Below, one piece after another: positions 9,704 through 18,650 of a DNA stretch of 64,000 nt. The stretch lies in assembly GCA_026396515.1 (NCBI GenBank), contig JAPLWQ010000003.1, forward strand, positions 26,204-90,203, given 5' to 3'. The position numbers were made by a program, and so were the translations under genes. Source of the DNA: Candidatus Magasanikiibacteriota bacterium. Lineage in GTDB: Bacteria > Patescibacteriota > Patescibacteriia > Magasanikbacterales > GWA2-37-8. The notes under the pieces were generated by a model. The model had not been told where the DNA came from, made no database searches, and saw nothing but the letters and a program-made list of their open reading frames with translations. Within the stretch, counting starts at the first letter, position 1. Every line of letters starts with the position of its first letter.

Positions 9704-11156
9704 AAAAATACAAATTGTAGTATCCGCTTAGCCGCGCTCTCTCCGGGCCGTCAGTTTTTTTCCAGCCATTATCTTCCAGTGTTGTAGTAAGCCGGTTCAT
9801 ATAATTATACTCACCCTGCAAAAGAATAATTTTTTCAAAATTATCTAGGTTATGCTCTGCATACCAATCGTCAATTTTTTCTTTACTCAGTTGGATGAAT
9901 AGATAGTTCTTCTTTACCACCATGTCATCCCAACCCATATTTTCATAAAGCAACAGCGGCAGCGCCGGTGCGGAAATATTATTCGGCAAATAACGGTCAA
10001 TTTGTGATTTTAAAATATAATTATTGTATACAAGAGCAGTTTTATCTTTGGCGTGGTTCACATAAAATAATTCTATGTTTTTCCAGTCGGTGAGCGGTAA
10101 AGTAATCCATAACCGGTATAGGCCGATTGAGCAAACCACGGCGATAATCATCAGTGACGAAACTAATTTTTTGAAGGCGATTGATAGTGATTCGGCGAGC
10201 GCCAATACAACGAGCGGCAGGGCGCTTAGAAAAAATTTGATATGCCAGACATCGCAAGCGAATGAGAGCGCGATTGGCGTAAGCGCAATGATAAGCAGGA
10301 AAATAAAACGGTTGTCTTTTGCCTGAATTTTTTTAATAGTTGCGCCGGAAAGTAATATCACCGACGCGCCAACAAGTATTATGCCGGCATAAATCGGATA
10401 TTGACCGGCGATAATATTTATTAGTGGATTGACTGCACTTGTAAAAGAGTGAGCCATATTCAAAAACCACGCGCTGCCGAGGTCGTTACCGGATTTAACC
10501 GCAAGCGACGCCAATATCCAGATTAAACCGATTATACCCGGCAAAAGATTTAATTTTATCCAATCTATTGCCGCCGTTTTTCCTTTTAATATGATGAGCG
10601 AGACAAATTGTCCGGCCAGTAAAAAAACAGAGCTTAAATGAGCAAAAATAAGAAACAGGTTTGCAACAGCGTGGCAGCGCCGATTATGACGGTTATTGTC
10701 GATAAAATAGGTACGGAAAAAAAACCAGACCGAGCAAATAGCCAATAGCATAAAGATCGCATAAATTCTTGCCGTAGCCGACCAAAAGATATGGTATGGA
10801 TGAATTGCCAAATATAACGCCGCAATGTAGGCGGTTTTTTTACTGAATATTTCTTCTCCAAACTTATAAATAACATATACGGTAGCAACGCCGGCAATAA
10901 CGCTCGGCAGGCGGGCAAAAAATTCAATTGCCGGAAAGAAGTAAAGCCAAATTTTTAATACCAAGAGATGAAGCGGGGGATTCGTTTCCCAAAGCCAATA
11001 AACAAGGCCTTGGGGCCAGGATTTTTGGCTGTAAATAAAATTAAACATTTCATCGTCCCAAAAATCGCCGTATTTAAATACGGCGATAAGGCGAAGCAAG
11101 GCGGCCAGGGTGAGTATTGAGAGAAGGGGAATGTGAGGTTTTATTTTTTGCCACAT
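9690..11156 (-). CDS. GT-C glycosyltransferase (family 39/PMT_2-like)
   Basis: Multiple TM helices; WDDE, NPPLH, ARLPS, ARIYA motifs; ATG at 11156 (MWQKIK) avoids overlap with prfA. Confidence 0.8.
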   Translation of the reverse strand: MWQKIKPHIPLLSILTLAALLRLIAVFKYGDFWDDEMFNFIYSQKSWPQGLVYWLWETNPPLHLLVLKIWLYFFPAIEFFARLPSVIAGVATVYVIYKFGEEIFSKKTAYIAALYLAIHPYHIFWSATARIYAIFMLLAICSVWFFFRTYFIDNNRHNRRCHAVANLFLIFAHLSSVFLLAGQFVSLIILKGKTAAIDWIKLNLLPGIIGLIWILASLAVKSGNDLGSAWFLNMAHSFTSAVNPLINIIAGQYPIYAGIILVGASVILLSGATIKKIQAKDNRFIFLLIIALTPIALSFACDVWHIKFFLSALPLVVLALAESLSIAFKKLVSSLMIIAVVCSIGLYRLWITLPLTDWKNIELFYVNHAKDKTALVYNNYILKSQIDRYLPNNISAPALPLLLYENMGWDDMVVKKNYLFIQLSKEKIDDWYAEHNLDNFEKIILLQGEYNYMNRLTTTLEDNGWKKTDGPERARLSGYYNLYFYEKN

Positions 11157-11166
11157 AGAATCAGTA

Positions 11167-12231
11167 TTACTGATTCCTATATTCCGCTTCGCGCAAGGCG
11201 ACAATTAAGGGTTCCAAGTTTCCCTCAAGAACAACCTTAATATTATTCCAATTTTGATTGATGCGGTGGTCGGTGATCCGGTCCTGCGGAAAATTGTAAG
11301 TGCGGATTTTTTCGCTCCTATCGCCTGATCCTATTTGCGATTTTCGCTGGTCGGACAGTTCTTTTTCCCGCTTTTGGCGTTCCACTTCAAAAATTCTGGA
11401 ACGAAGAACGCGCATTGCCTTGTCTTTATTTGCCGCTTGAGATCGTTCATCCTGACATTGCACCATGGTGCCCGTGGGTACATGCACGATGCGCACTGCC
11501 GAATAAGTGGTGTTTACGCTTTGTCCGCCATGACCGCCGGCGCAGAAAGTATCAATGCGCAAATCTTTCGGCTCAATTTTCATTTCAGCTTCTTCAATTT
11601 CCGGTAACACCGCCACAGTCACGGTGGAAGTGTGAATGCGTCCGGATTTTTCCGTTTCCGGCACGCGCTGAACCCGGTGTACGCCCATTTCATATTTAAG
11701 ATCGCGATAGACCCCGCCGGATGATGGGTTGCCCTTTATAGAAAATAATACCTCTTTAAATCCGCCTATACCGATCATGCTGGTGTCGATTAGCGCGGTT
11801 TTCCATTTATGAGCTTCAGCATATTTTATATACATCCTGTACAGTTCTGCGGCAAAAAGAGCGGATTCGTCTCCGCCGGCAGCAGCCCTTATTTCTACGA
11901 TTACATCTTTTTTATCCATTGGGTCTGTTGGTCTGGTTATCTCATCCAGCTCAGTGTTCATCGCGGCAATCCGTGATTTCAATTCGTCAATCTCGGTAAA
12001 TGCCAGGCCTCTTAGCTCCTCATCAGTTTCCTTGGCGATTATAAGTTCGGCCTCGGCCAAGTTTTTTTCCAGACCCTGTAAAATATAAATTTTTTCGGCT
12101 GTTGCTTTCATCTCTGAGTATTCTTGAGACGCCTTTTTAAATTTTTCCTGGTTCTCAAGCACCGCCTTGTTTTGCAAGCCGTTTTCCAATTCCTCAAATT
12201 TATTGATTATGTCCTGGTACTTCTGCATCAT
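11167..12231 (-). CDS. prfA: Peptide chain release factor 1
   Basis: GGQ ([12 protein letters not shown]), PxT (VPETE), [14 protein letters not shown]. Confidence 0.97.
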   Translation of the reverse strand: MMQKYQDIINKFEELENGLQNKAVLENQEKFKKASQEYSEMKATAEKIYILQGLEKNLAEAELIIAKETDEELRGLAFTEIDELKSRIAAMNTELDEITRPTDPMDKKDVIVEIRAAAGGDESALFAAELYRMYIKYAEAHKWKTALIDTSMIGIGGFKEVLFSIKGNPSSGGVYRDLKYEMGVHRVQRVPETEKSGRIHTSTVTVAVLPEIEEAEMKIEPKDLRIDTFCAGGHGGQSVNTTYSAVRIVHVPTGTMVQCQDERSQAANKDKAMRVLRSRIFEVERQKREKELSDQRKSQIGSGDRSEKIRTYNFPQDRITDHRINQNWNNIKVVLEGNLEPLIVALREAEYRNQ

Positions 12232-12234
12232 AGA

Positions 12235-13683
12235 TTACTTCATTTTTAAAAAATCTCTGATTTCATTGCGCGCCCGCCTGGTGACCGCGATTTTAAGCCA
12301 TGATTTTTTTGCCGTTGATTTTTCACTTTTAAAAACTTCCACAACGTCGTTTGATTTTAGCGGGTGAGTTATTGGCTCTATCTTGCCATTAACCTTCGCT
12401 TTTAGAAAATAATTCCCCAATTGGGCGTGAATGGCATAGGCAAAGTCAATCGGCGTGGCGTCTTCCGGCAAATCAATAACGTCGCCCTTGGGAGTGACAG
12501 CAAAAATTCTGTTGCGAAATAAGTCTATTTTAACCGTGCGAATCGTCTGCGGAACGGAAAAATTATTTTTTAATTCTTTTTGAATTTCCGCCAGCTCCTT
12601 CAGCCAGGCAGTACGGCGCCTGATATTTTCCGTGATGTTTTTTTCTTTTTCTTTATAAACCCAGTGAGCGGCGATACCGAACTCGGCTTCCTCGTGCATT
12701 TCCGGCGTGCGGACTTGAAATTCCACTACTTTTCGCTCGCAAAATACATTGGTGTGCAAAGAGCGGTAGCCGTTTGGTTTTGGCTGGGAAATATAATCTT
12801 TGAAACGGCCGGGCAGCGGCTTCCAATAGCGGTGAATAAGCCCGAGCATGGCGTAGCAGTCGCTTATTGTCGGCACAATTATTCTGCAGGCCGCGATATC
12901 GTAGACGCTTTTAGCATCGCGGTTTCGTGTTTTATATTTTTCATGCAAGCTGTATAAGCTTTTTATCCGGTTATCAATATTTAATATTTTTATCCCCGCG
13001 CTTTTAGCGCTTTCGCGCATCGCGCTCTCAATTGTTTTCATGCATTTGCCGTCGTCCTTATAATAGTTGGCCACCACCTCGGAAATTTTTTCATATTCCT
13101 TCGGTTCAAGATAAAAAAATGATAAGTCCTCCAGGTCGCGTTTAATTTTATCCATGCCTAAGCGGTTGGCGATAGCGGCATAAATATGCATACTCTCCAT
13201 TGCCAGGCGCTGTTGTTTTTCCGGCGGTAGATAACTGAGTGTTTTTAAATTATCAATGCGATCGGCAAATTTTATGAAAATTATCTGTACGTCTTCGGCC
13301 ATAGCCATAAACATCCTGCGCAAATTTTCCGCATATCGTTCTTTGCCCCAATATTTTAAACTGTCCAATCGATTCTCGCCGACAATTAGACGGGCAATTT
13401 TTTGGCCAAATTTTTGTCTGATATCGTCTTCGGAATAAACCGAATATTCCAAAATATCATGAAGCAATCCGGCTATAACAATATCCGGAGACAATTTCCA
13501 CTCCGCGAGAAGTGTCGCCACGTCGGCCGCGTGCTCAATTTGTTTGTTTCCGGAAGCCCGGCGGCGGTCGCCGTAGGCTGTTTCAGCAAATTCGTATGCT
13601 CTTTTTATGTCGGTCAAATCTTCAGACGGGCAGTTCTTTTTAAGAGTACGAAGAATGTTTTGCAGATCGTTTGTTTGTGGCAT
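12235..13683 (-). CDS. RelA/SpoT homolog, short form (HD + synthetase + TGS; no ZFD/ACT)
   Basis: LLHD, KFADRIDN, RIKSLYS, DIAACR, NGYRSLHT, EFQVRT, GIAAHW, TPKGDVIDLP..ATPIDFAYAIH. Confidence 0.92.
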   Translation of the reverse strand: MPQTNDLQNILRTLKKNCPSEDLTDIKRAYEFAETAYGDRRRASGNKQIEHAADVATLLAEWKLSPDIVIAGLLHDILEYSVYSEDDIRQKFGQKIARLIVGENRLDSLKYWGKERYAENLRRMFMAMAEDVQIIFIKFADRIDNLKTLSYLPPEKQQRLAMESMHIYAAIANRLGMDKIKRDLEDLSFFYLEPKEYEKISEVVANYYKDDGKCMKTIESAMRESAKSAGIKILNIDNRIKSLYSLHEKYKTRNRDAKSVYDIAACRIIVPTISDCYAMLGLIHRYWKPLPGRFKDYISQPKPNGYRSLHTNVFCERKVVEFQVRTPEMHEEAEFGIAAHWVYKEKEKNITENIRRRTAWLKELAEIQKELKNNFSVPQTIRTVKIDLFRNRIFAVTPKGDVIDLPEDATPIDFAYAIHAQLGNYFLKAKVNGKIEPITHPLKSNDVVEVFKSEKSTAKKSWLKIAVTRRARNEIRDFLKMK

Positions 13684-13690
13684 ATAAAAG

Positions 13691-13735
13691 AAAAAGCCCT
13701 GCTGTCAGTATACAACTGCTGACAGCAGGGCGCAA
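13691..13735 (-). terminator. 13-bp-stem terminator of the upstream orphan gene, with an overlapping putative rel promoter
   Basis: GCCCTGCTGTCAG...CTGACAGCAGGGC followed by TTTTTCTTTT on the minus strand; TTGCGC-17-TATACT embedded. Confidence 0.7.
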
Positions 13736-13746
13736 GGAGAGAACGG

Positions 13747-15003
13747 TTATGTCTGGTCGCGTTCGATCTTCCGATAAGTTTGTTCTTTGATGTGTGTTTC
13801 CATCTCTTTTCGGATATCCAAATCGCTCCAGTCAATGCCGTATATTTCCGGCGGAAATAGATGATAGAACAGACCGGGACGTTCAGGATCTGTGAACCAG
13901 CGCAAGTTGTAGAGGTCGTGATTTTCAGGGCCGGTTGAATATTCAATGCTGTACAGATTTCTTGCCGGCATGTGCTGAACTTCGCGCCGGCAACCGTCCA
14001 GGTAGAGGTACTGGCTCTTGATGCAGAGCTTTTTATGAGAATGCCTGTTTTTAATAGGTACTCTTTTCACCGCGCCGTCGCTTTGGATAAGGGATGCGCG
14101 GGAAGTAAGATACGCTACGCCGTTATTTAACATCGCTTTTTCCAAATAGGCGAAGCGTATACCGTACATATCAGGAACACTCTCAAACAGTTCTGCTTGC
14201 GGCTCGCGGAATCTCCTGGCAAATGCCGATAGGTAGTCCTTCTGCCTTGCCTGCATGATCGCCTGGATTTTTCCTTTAAAAAGCGCATCCATTGTCAGCA
14301 GGTAAACAGTTTGGACAAGGCGTTTAAGATGGGGTCCGCGGGGCTCGGGACTTCCTTCAAGCGAGATGCCGCTGCACCGGTATTCGTTGCGTCTATCAAG
14401 AAAGATAAATACCTTCTTCGGTTCAAGAACCGCTTTAGGATTAAGCCATGCAACAAAGTCGGTGACTCGTCTTTCGCCCTCAGCGACAGGTAGCTTGTGA
14501 TTCCACCTATTGTTTAATTGCGTGGTCAGGAAGAAGTAATCACCGCTAAGCTCAAGCGCGCGCATTGCTTCAAAGGTTCTCCGATCGATCAGTGCATCTT
14601 CGTCCTTCACTTTATCACCGGGCATAAGTTTAAGCAGTTCGATCGGATCACTCGGTAGTTCGCTTGAGTTAAGCGGCTGAAGCTGTTCTCTGAGCCAGTA
14701 GGGCATGAGCCTCTCCATGAGAGAGACAATGTCTTCTCTGGAAGAATCTGTCTCAGACGCGAAGGTGTTTGCCACCCTCTCAAGGTCGGTGCGGAGCTTT
14801 GGCTGAAGAATCGCGCCGATGATGTCGGCGAAACGGTTCCTCGGAGTGGCGAAGCGTTCATTTTCCGCGCTGTCTTCCACAGTCATGATGCTGTTGTTGA
14901 GCAGCATCCACTTGTTAGACTCGCGCGCAAAATGATTCTTTTTTGACCTCAATTTCCGCAGTGACACATCACCGCGGGACAGAGATCCTGTTCGCGATGA
15001 CAT
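13747..15003 (-). CDS. Hypothetical protein with a divergent C-terminal RelA/SpoT-like nucleotidyltransferase domain
   Basis: RQKDYLS (RxKxxxS), DMYGIR (DxxGxR), REVQ, HDLY; has its own SD (AAGGAG) and promoter. Confidence 0.6.
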   Translation of the reverse strand: MSSRTGSLSRGDVSLRKLRSKKNHFARESNKWMLLNNSIMTVEDSAENERFATPRNRFADIIGAILQPKLRTDLERVANTFASETDSSREDIVSLMERLMPYWLREQLQPLNSSELPSDPIELLKLMPGDKVKDEDALIDRRTFEAMRALELSGDYFFLTTQLNNRWNHKLPVAEGERRVTDFVAWLNPKAVLEPKKVFIFLDRRNEYRCSGISLEGSPEPRGPHLKRLVQTVYLLTMDALFKGKIQAIMQARQKDYLSAFARRFREPQAELFESVPDMYGIRFAYLEKAMLNNGVAYLTSRASLIQSDGAVKRVPIKNRHSHKKLCIKSQYLYLDGCRREVQHMPARNLYSIEYSTGPENHDLYNLRWFTDPERPGLFYHLFPPEIYGIDWSDLDIRKEMETHIKEQTYRKIERDQT

Positions 15004-15045
15004 GTTAATTCTCCTTTGTCAATGAGCGATTATAGATAGTAATTT

Positions 15046-15074
15046 AAAGTAGCATAAATGCGAGCCTTTGTCAA
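15046..15074 (-). promoter_or_regulatory. sigma70-type promoter of the RelA/SpoT-like orphan
   Basis: Minus strand TTGACA-17-TACTTT with TG before the -10. Confidence 0.55.
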
Positions 15075-15080
15075 TAATAT

Positions 15081-15106
15081 AAAACAGGCCAAATTTGGCC
15101 TGTTTT
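15081..15106 (-). terminator. Palindromic terminator after rpmE
   Basis: Perfect palindrome AAAACAGGCCAAATTTGGCCTGTTTT. Confidence 0.7.
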
Positions 15107-15112
15107 TATTGA

Positions 15113-15397
15113 TTATTCGCTCTTTTTTTCCTTCTTTTTGGCTGCCGAAGTGGCCTTTTTTACCTTTTTGCCTTTTCTGGCTGCTGAAGCCACAGTTTGC
15201 TTGCCGGCTCTCTCCTGGAATTTTTCGACACGGCGGGCTGTGTCAACGAATTTTTGTTTGCCGGTATAGAAGGGGTGGCACTTGCTGCACAGCTCTACGC
15301 GTATTTCCTTCAATATTGAGCCGGTTTTAAAGGTGTTTCCGCAGGCGCAGGTGACCGCGCAATCATTGTGAAACTCGGGATGGATATCTTTTTTCAT
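15113..15397 (-). CDS. rpmE: 50S ribosomal protein L31 (Zn-binding type)
   Basis: [24 protein letters not shown]. Confidence 0.97.
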   Translation of the reverse strand: MKKDIHPEFHNDCAVTCACGNTFKTGSILKEIRVELCSKCHPFYTGKQKFVDTARRVEKFQERAGKQTVASAARKGKKVKKATSAAKKKEKKSE

Positions 15398-15423
15398 ACT
15401 TTGTTCAGTTTTTTAGCGAAATA

Positions 15424-15452
15424 TTGACTTTTTGGTCAAAATATGCTATATT
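15424..15452 (+). promoter_or_regulatory. sigma70-type promoter for the PP2C gene (divergent rpmE region)
   Basis: TTGACT-17-TATATT; an opposite-strand TTGACA-16-TATGAT for rpmE lies at about 15474-15501. Confidence 0.5.
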
Positions 15453-15507
15453 TAGTTGTTAAAAAGTGCTATAATCATAGCATAAAAAATATTATTGTCA
15501 ACCCCAT

Positions 15508-16677
15508 ATGTTTAAAGAAGGATTAGCTAAACTATTTGGTGGAAAACCAAAAGAATCAACAGGAAAGGAAAACGTCGGACCGATAATGGTTGAAGGCGCT
15601 GAAGTTTTGTTCGAAAAACCTTCTGTCGAGGAAGAGACTACGCGCAAAATTGACGCAGAAAAAAAGGAAAATCCTTTCAGTTTTGAGACTGCCGAAGTTT
15701 CAGTCGAAAAAACCAAAGGAAAAGGGGAAGACAGAACGATTGTTTTTAATGACGGGAAGAAATCCATTTATGCTGTTTTAGATGGTATGGGAGGCCAAGA
15801 GGGCGGAGGCGGTGATGTGGCTGCGCAGATTGTGAAGGAATCCTTTTTGAGGGATGTTTCTAAAATAGATAAATTCCCGGAAGATGAAAGCGAATTACGC
15901 TCCATGCTTAATGAGATTGTCCAGAAAGCAAACAAGGAGTTGCAGAACAGTCCGACATCTGCTATTTATGAAAAAATGGGCACTACGCTTACTGCCGTAA
16001 TTTGTCATGATAAGAAAGCGACAATTGTCAGCGTTGGTGACAGCAAAGCTTATCGCATGCGCGAAGGGAAATTGGAACAGATTTCTGATGAAGATTCCGT
16101 AATTTATGTACTAAAAAAGAACGGCTACGATATTAATATGGGTATCCTGTCTACTGTGATGCCGGACGGCTCAAGACATGAGATAACTTTAAATGAGGCG
16201 ATGAGAAGTGCGAAGCATACGGCGTCGGAATTTGCCACTGAAGAAAGTAAGATGGCGAGTGAAAAAATCGTAAAACAATTATTAACAGGGTTCGGCGAAA
16301 TGTCGTTAAAAAGTTTGCGTAACGTGAATACCGGTGGAATTGCCGCCGGAGAAAAAAATCCGCCGTATATTCATGTGCGCACTTATGATGTTCAAGACGG
16401 TGACGAATATTTTGTTACGAGTGATGGTTTAACCGATAATTGTCTGGACCAAAATATTGAACAGGGTTTGAATAAGCTTGAGGGCAAATCTTCGGATGTA
16501 AAAGCTCAGGAGCTGGCGAAATTCGGTAAAAAAATGCAGGATAGAACCGTTCATCCGGACGCCAATAAGCCGGATGATATTTCCATTGTATATTTCAAAG
16601 CGCAGGAAAAAAATAAGAGCAAAATAGCGGAAGACATTGAAGAATTGAACATTGAAGATATCCAGGAAGTCGGTTGA
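15508..16677 (+). CDS. PP2C/PPM-family Ser/Thr protein phosphatase with an internal insertion
   Basis: GED, AVLDGMGG, MGTT, VGDSKAY, SDGL, DDISI. Confidence 0.88.
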   Translation: MFKEGLAKLFGGKPKESTGKENVGPIMVEGAEVLFEKPSVEEETTRKIDAEKKENPFSFETAEVSVEKTKGKGEDRTIVFNDGKKSIYAVLDGMGGQEGGGGDVAAQIVKESFLRDVSKIDKFPEDESELRSMLNEIVQKANKELQNSPTSAIYEKMGTTLTAVICHDKKATIVSVGDSKAYRMREGKLEQISDEDSVIYVLKKNGYDINMGILSTVMPDGSRHEITLNEAMRSAKHTASEFATEESKMASEKIVKQLLTGFGEMSLKSLRNVNTGGIAAGEKNPPYIHVRTYDVQDGDEYFVTSDGLTDNCLDQNIEQGLNKLEGKSSDVKAQELAKFGKKMQDRTVHPDANKPDDISIVYFKAQEKNKSKIAEDIEELNIEDIQEVG

Positions 16678-16686
16678 TAGAGACTC

Positions 16687-16715
16687 TTGACGAAATTCAA
16701 AAAACAGGTTATACT
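16687..16715 (+). promoter_or_regulatory. rpsB-tsf promoter
   Basis: TTGACG-17-TATACT. Confidence 0.7.
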
Positions 16716-16749
16716 CGCGATAACCTGTTTATATTTAACGGGGTTAATT

Positions 16750-16822
16750 ATCTCTCACCAACTCACTTTTTTCCTCTTCGGGGCCATTCCTCGGGGTCGG
16801 GTTGGGAGGTTAAAGGAAAAAC
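16750..16822 (+). promoter_or_regulatory. Putative rpsB 5' leader (t44/S2-autoregulatory-like element)
   Basis: ~100-nt UTR with CGGGGCC...CGGGGTCGG...TGGGAGG-TTAA, resembling the conserved rpsB leader as I recall it; not checked against a model. Confidence 0.4.
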
Positions 16823-16825
16823 ACT

Positions 16826-17605
16826 ATGTCAAAGTTACCAACTTTGCTGGAGTTGCTGAAAGCCGGAATCCATTTCGGCCATCAGAAATCCCGCTGGCAC
16901 CCCAAGATGAAGCCATATATTTATGGCGCTCGCGGGGGAATCCATATTATTGATCTGGATAAAACTCTCGAAATGCTCGAGACGGCTCTGGATTATGCGA
17001 AAAACCTCGCCGCAGAAGGCAAGGTTATTTTATTTGTCGGCACCAAGCGCCAGACCCGCGATCTGATTAAAGCCGCGGCCGAGGCCTGTGGTATGCCATA
17101 TTTGGTGGAACGCTGGATTGGCGGGTTGCTCACCAACTTTGATGAAATGAAACGACGTCTGCGAAAATATCAGAATATGCATGAGCAGGTGAAGACCGGA
17201 GAGGTGGAAAAATACACTAAAAAGGAACAGATTAAATTTAAGAAAGATTTGGAAAAAATGGACAGATACTTGGTGGGTTTAACCAATCTGGAAAAAATGC
17301 CGGATGCGATATATATCGCCGATATGCGAACGGAAAAAACCGCGTTAGCGGAAACATCCCGCAAGCATGTTCCGGTTATCGGCATCTGCGATACCAATGT
17401 GGATCCGGAGGACGCCGACTATCCGATCCCGGCCAATGACGATGCGGTGAATTCAATTAAGATTATGGCCGATCTTTTGGCCGAAGCAATAAATGAAGGC
17501 AAGAAGGAATTTGAGAAGAAAAAAGCCGAAGCGCCGAAAGACGAAAAAAAGCCGGAAGTCGTGAGGGCACAACAGCGGGTCATCCGCAAGGAAGGCTCTG
17601 ACTAA
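16826..17605 (+). CDS. rpsB: 30S ribosomal protein S2
   Basis: AGIHFGHQKSRWHPKM, LFVGTK, RWIGGLLTN, IPANDDA. Confidence 0.98.
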   Translation: MSKLPTLLELLKAGIHFGHQKSRWHPKMKPYIYGARGGIHIIDLDKTLEMLETALDYAKNLAAEGKVILFVGTKRQTRDLIKAAAEACGMPYLVERWIGGLLTNFDEMKRRLRKYQNMHEQVKTGEVEKYTKKEQIKFKKDLEKMDRYLVGLTNLEKMPDAIYIADMRTEKTALAETSRKHVPVIGICDTNVDPEDADYPIPANDDAVNSIKIMADLLAEAINEGKKEFEKKKAEAPKDEKKPEVVRAQQRVIRKEGSD

Positions 17606-17662
17606 AAAAATTTTTGAAGGGGGGTGCTGGAATATTATTTCAGCAACACTATAAATAAATAT

Positions 17663-18517
17663 ATGACAACTCAAGATATCACAAAATTGCGCGAGATGAC
17701 CGGTGCCGGAATGATGGATTGTAAAAAGGCACTGGATGAATCGGCGGGGGATATGGAAAAGGCGGTTGAGATTCTGCGGAAAAAAGGCATTATCAAAGCT
17801 GCAAAAAGAGGCGATAAGATTGCGGCCGAGGGTTTGACCGCGGTCAAAATAGAGGGAAATGTCGCTGCGATTGTTGAGGTGAACGCAGAAACAGATTTTG
17901 TGGCAGAAAGTGATGCTTTTCAGGATCTGGTTAATTTAATTGTAGGCACGGCTATTGCAGAAAAACCGGCAACGGTTGAAGAAGCTATGGCCAAACCGGG
18001 CCTTCAGGATAAATTCAATGAAGCTGTAGCCAAAATTGGTGAAAAGCTCAATTTACGACGCCTTCAGGTGATTACCGCAGAGGCCGGAGAAACAATCGGC
18101 AGCTATCTTCATTTGGGCGGAAAAATCTCCGTGTTGGTGAAAATGATCGGAGGCAATGATGGTTTGGCAAAAGATATTGCTATGCATATTGCCGGCGCCA
18201 GTCCGAAATATTTGAACCGCGAGTCAGTTGATGCGGCAGAGATAAATAAAGAAATTGAAATCGCCTCTGAACAATTGCGCGCGCAGGGCAAGCCGGAAAA
18301 TATTATTGAAAATATTGTTAAAGGCAAAATGGATAAATTTTATAGCGAGGTTTGCCTTTTGGAACAACCGTTTGTCAAAGACGAAGAAAAAACCGTCGGT
18401 AAATTGGCCGAAGAATCAGGCGCCACGATAAAAGGGTTTTGGCGCTATGAGTTGGGTGAGGGGATAGAAAAGAAACAATGCGATTTTGCCGCTGAAGTGG
18501 CAGAACAATTGAAATAA
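17663..18517 (+). CDS. tsf: Elongation factor Ts
   Basis: KLREMTGAGMMDCKKAL, EVNAETDFVA, LLEQPFVKD; ATG at 17663. Confidence 0.97.
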   Translation: MTTQDITKLREMTGAGMMDCKKALDESAGDMEKAVEILRKKGIIKAAKRGDKIAAEGLTAVKIEGNVAAIVEVNAETDFVAESDAFQDLVNLIVGTAIAEKPATVEEAMAKPGLQDKFNEAVAKIGEKLNLRRLQVITAEAGETIGSYLHLGGKISVLVKMIGGNDGLAKDIAMHIAGASPKYLNRESVDAAEINKEIEIASEQLRAQGKPENIIENIVKGKMDKFYSEVCLLEQPFVKDEEKTVGKLAEESGATIKGFWRYELGEGIEKKQCDFAAEVAEQLK

Positions 18518-18527
18518 TCAATGCGAT

Positions 18528-18557
18528 AAAAACCCCGCTGAAAAAGCGGGGTTTTTT
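18528..18557 (+). terminator. Intrinsic terminator after tsf
   Basis: AAAAACCCCGCT-GAAAA-AGCGGGGTTTTTT. Confidence 0.85.
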
Positions 18558-18650
18558 GTACACAGGGGGTTAAAGAAAGCAGGGGTTCTTGTTTTGTGGT
18601 ATAATACCGTTGATGAAAAACTCATCAAATTTATTGTATTATTATATTAT

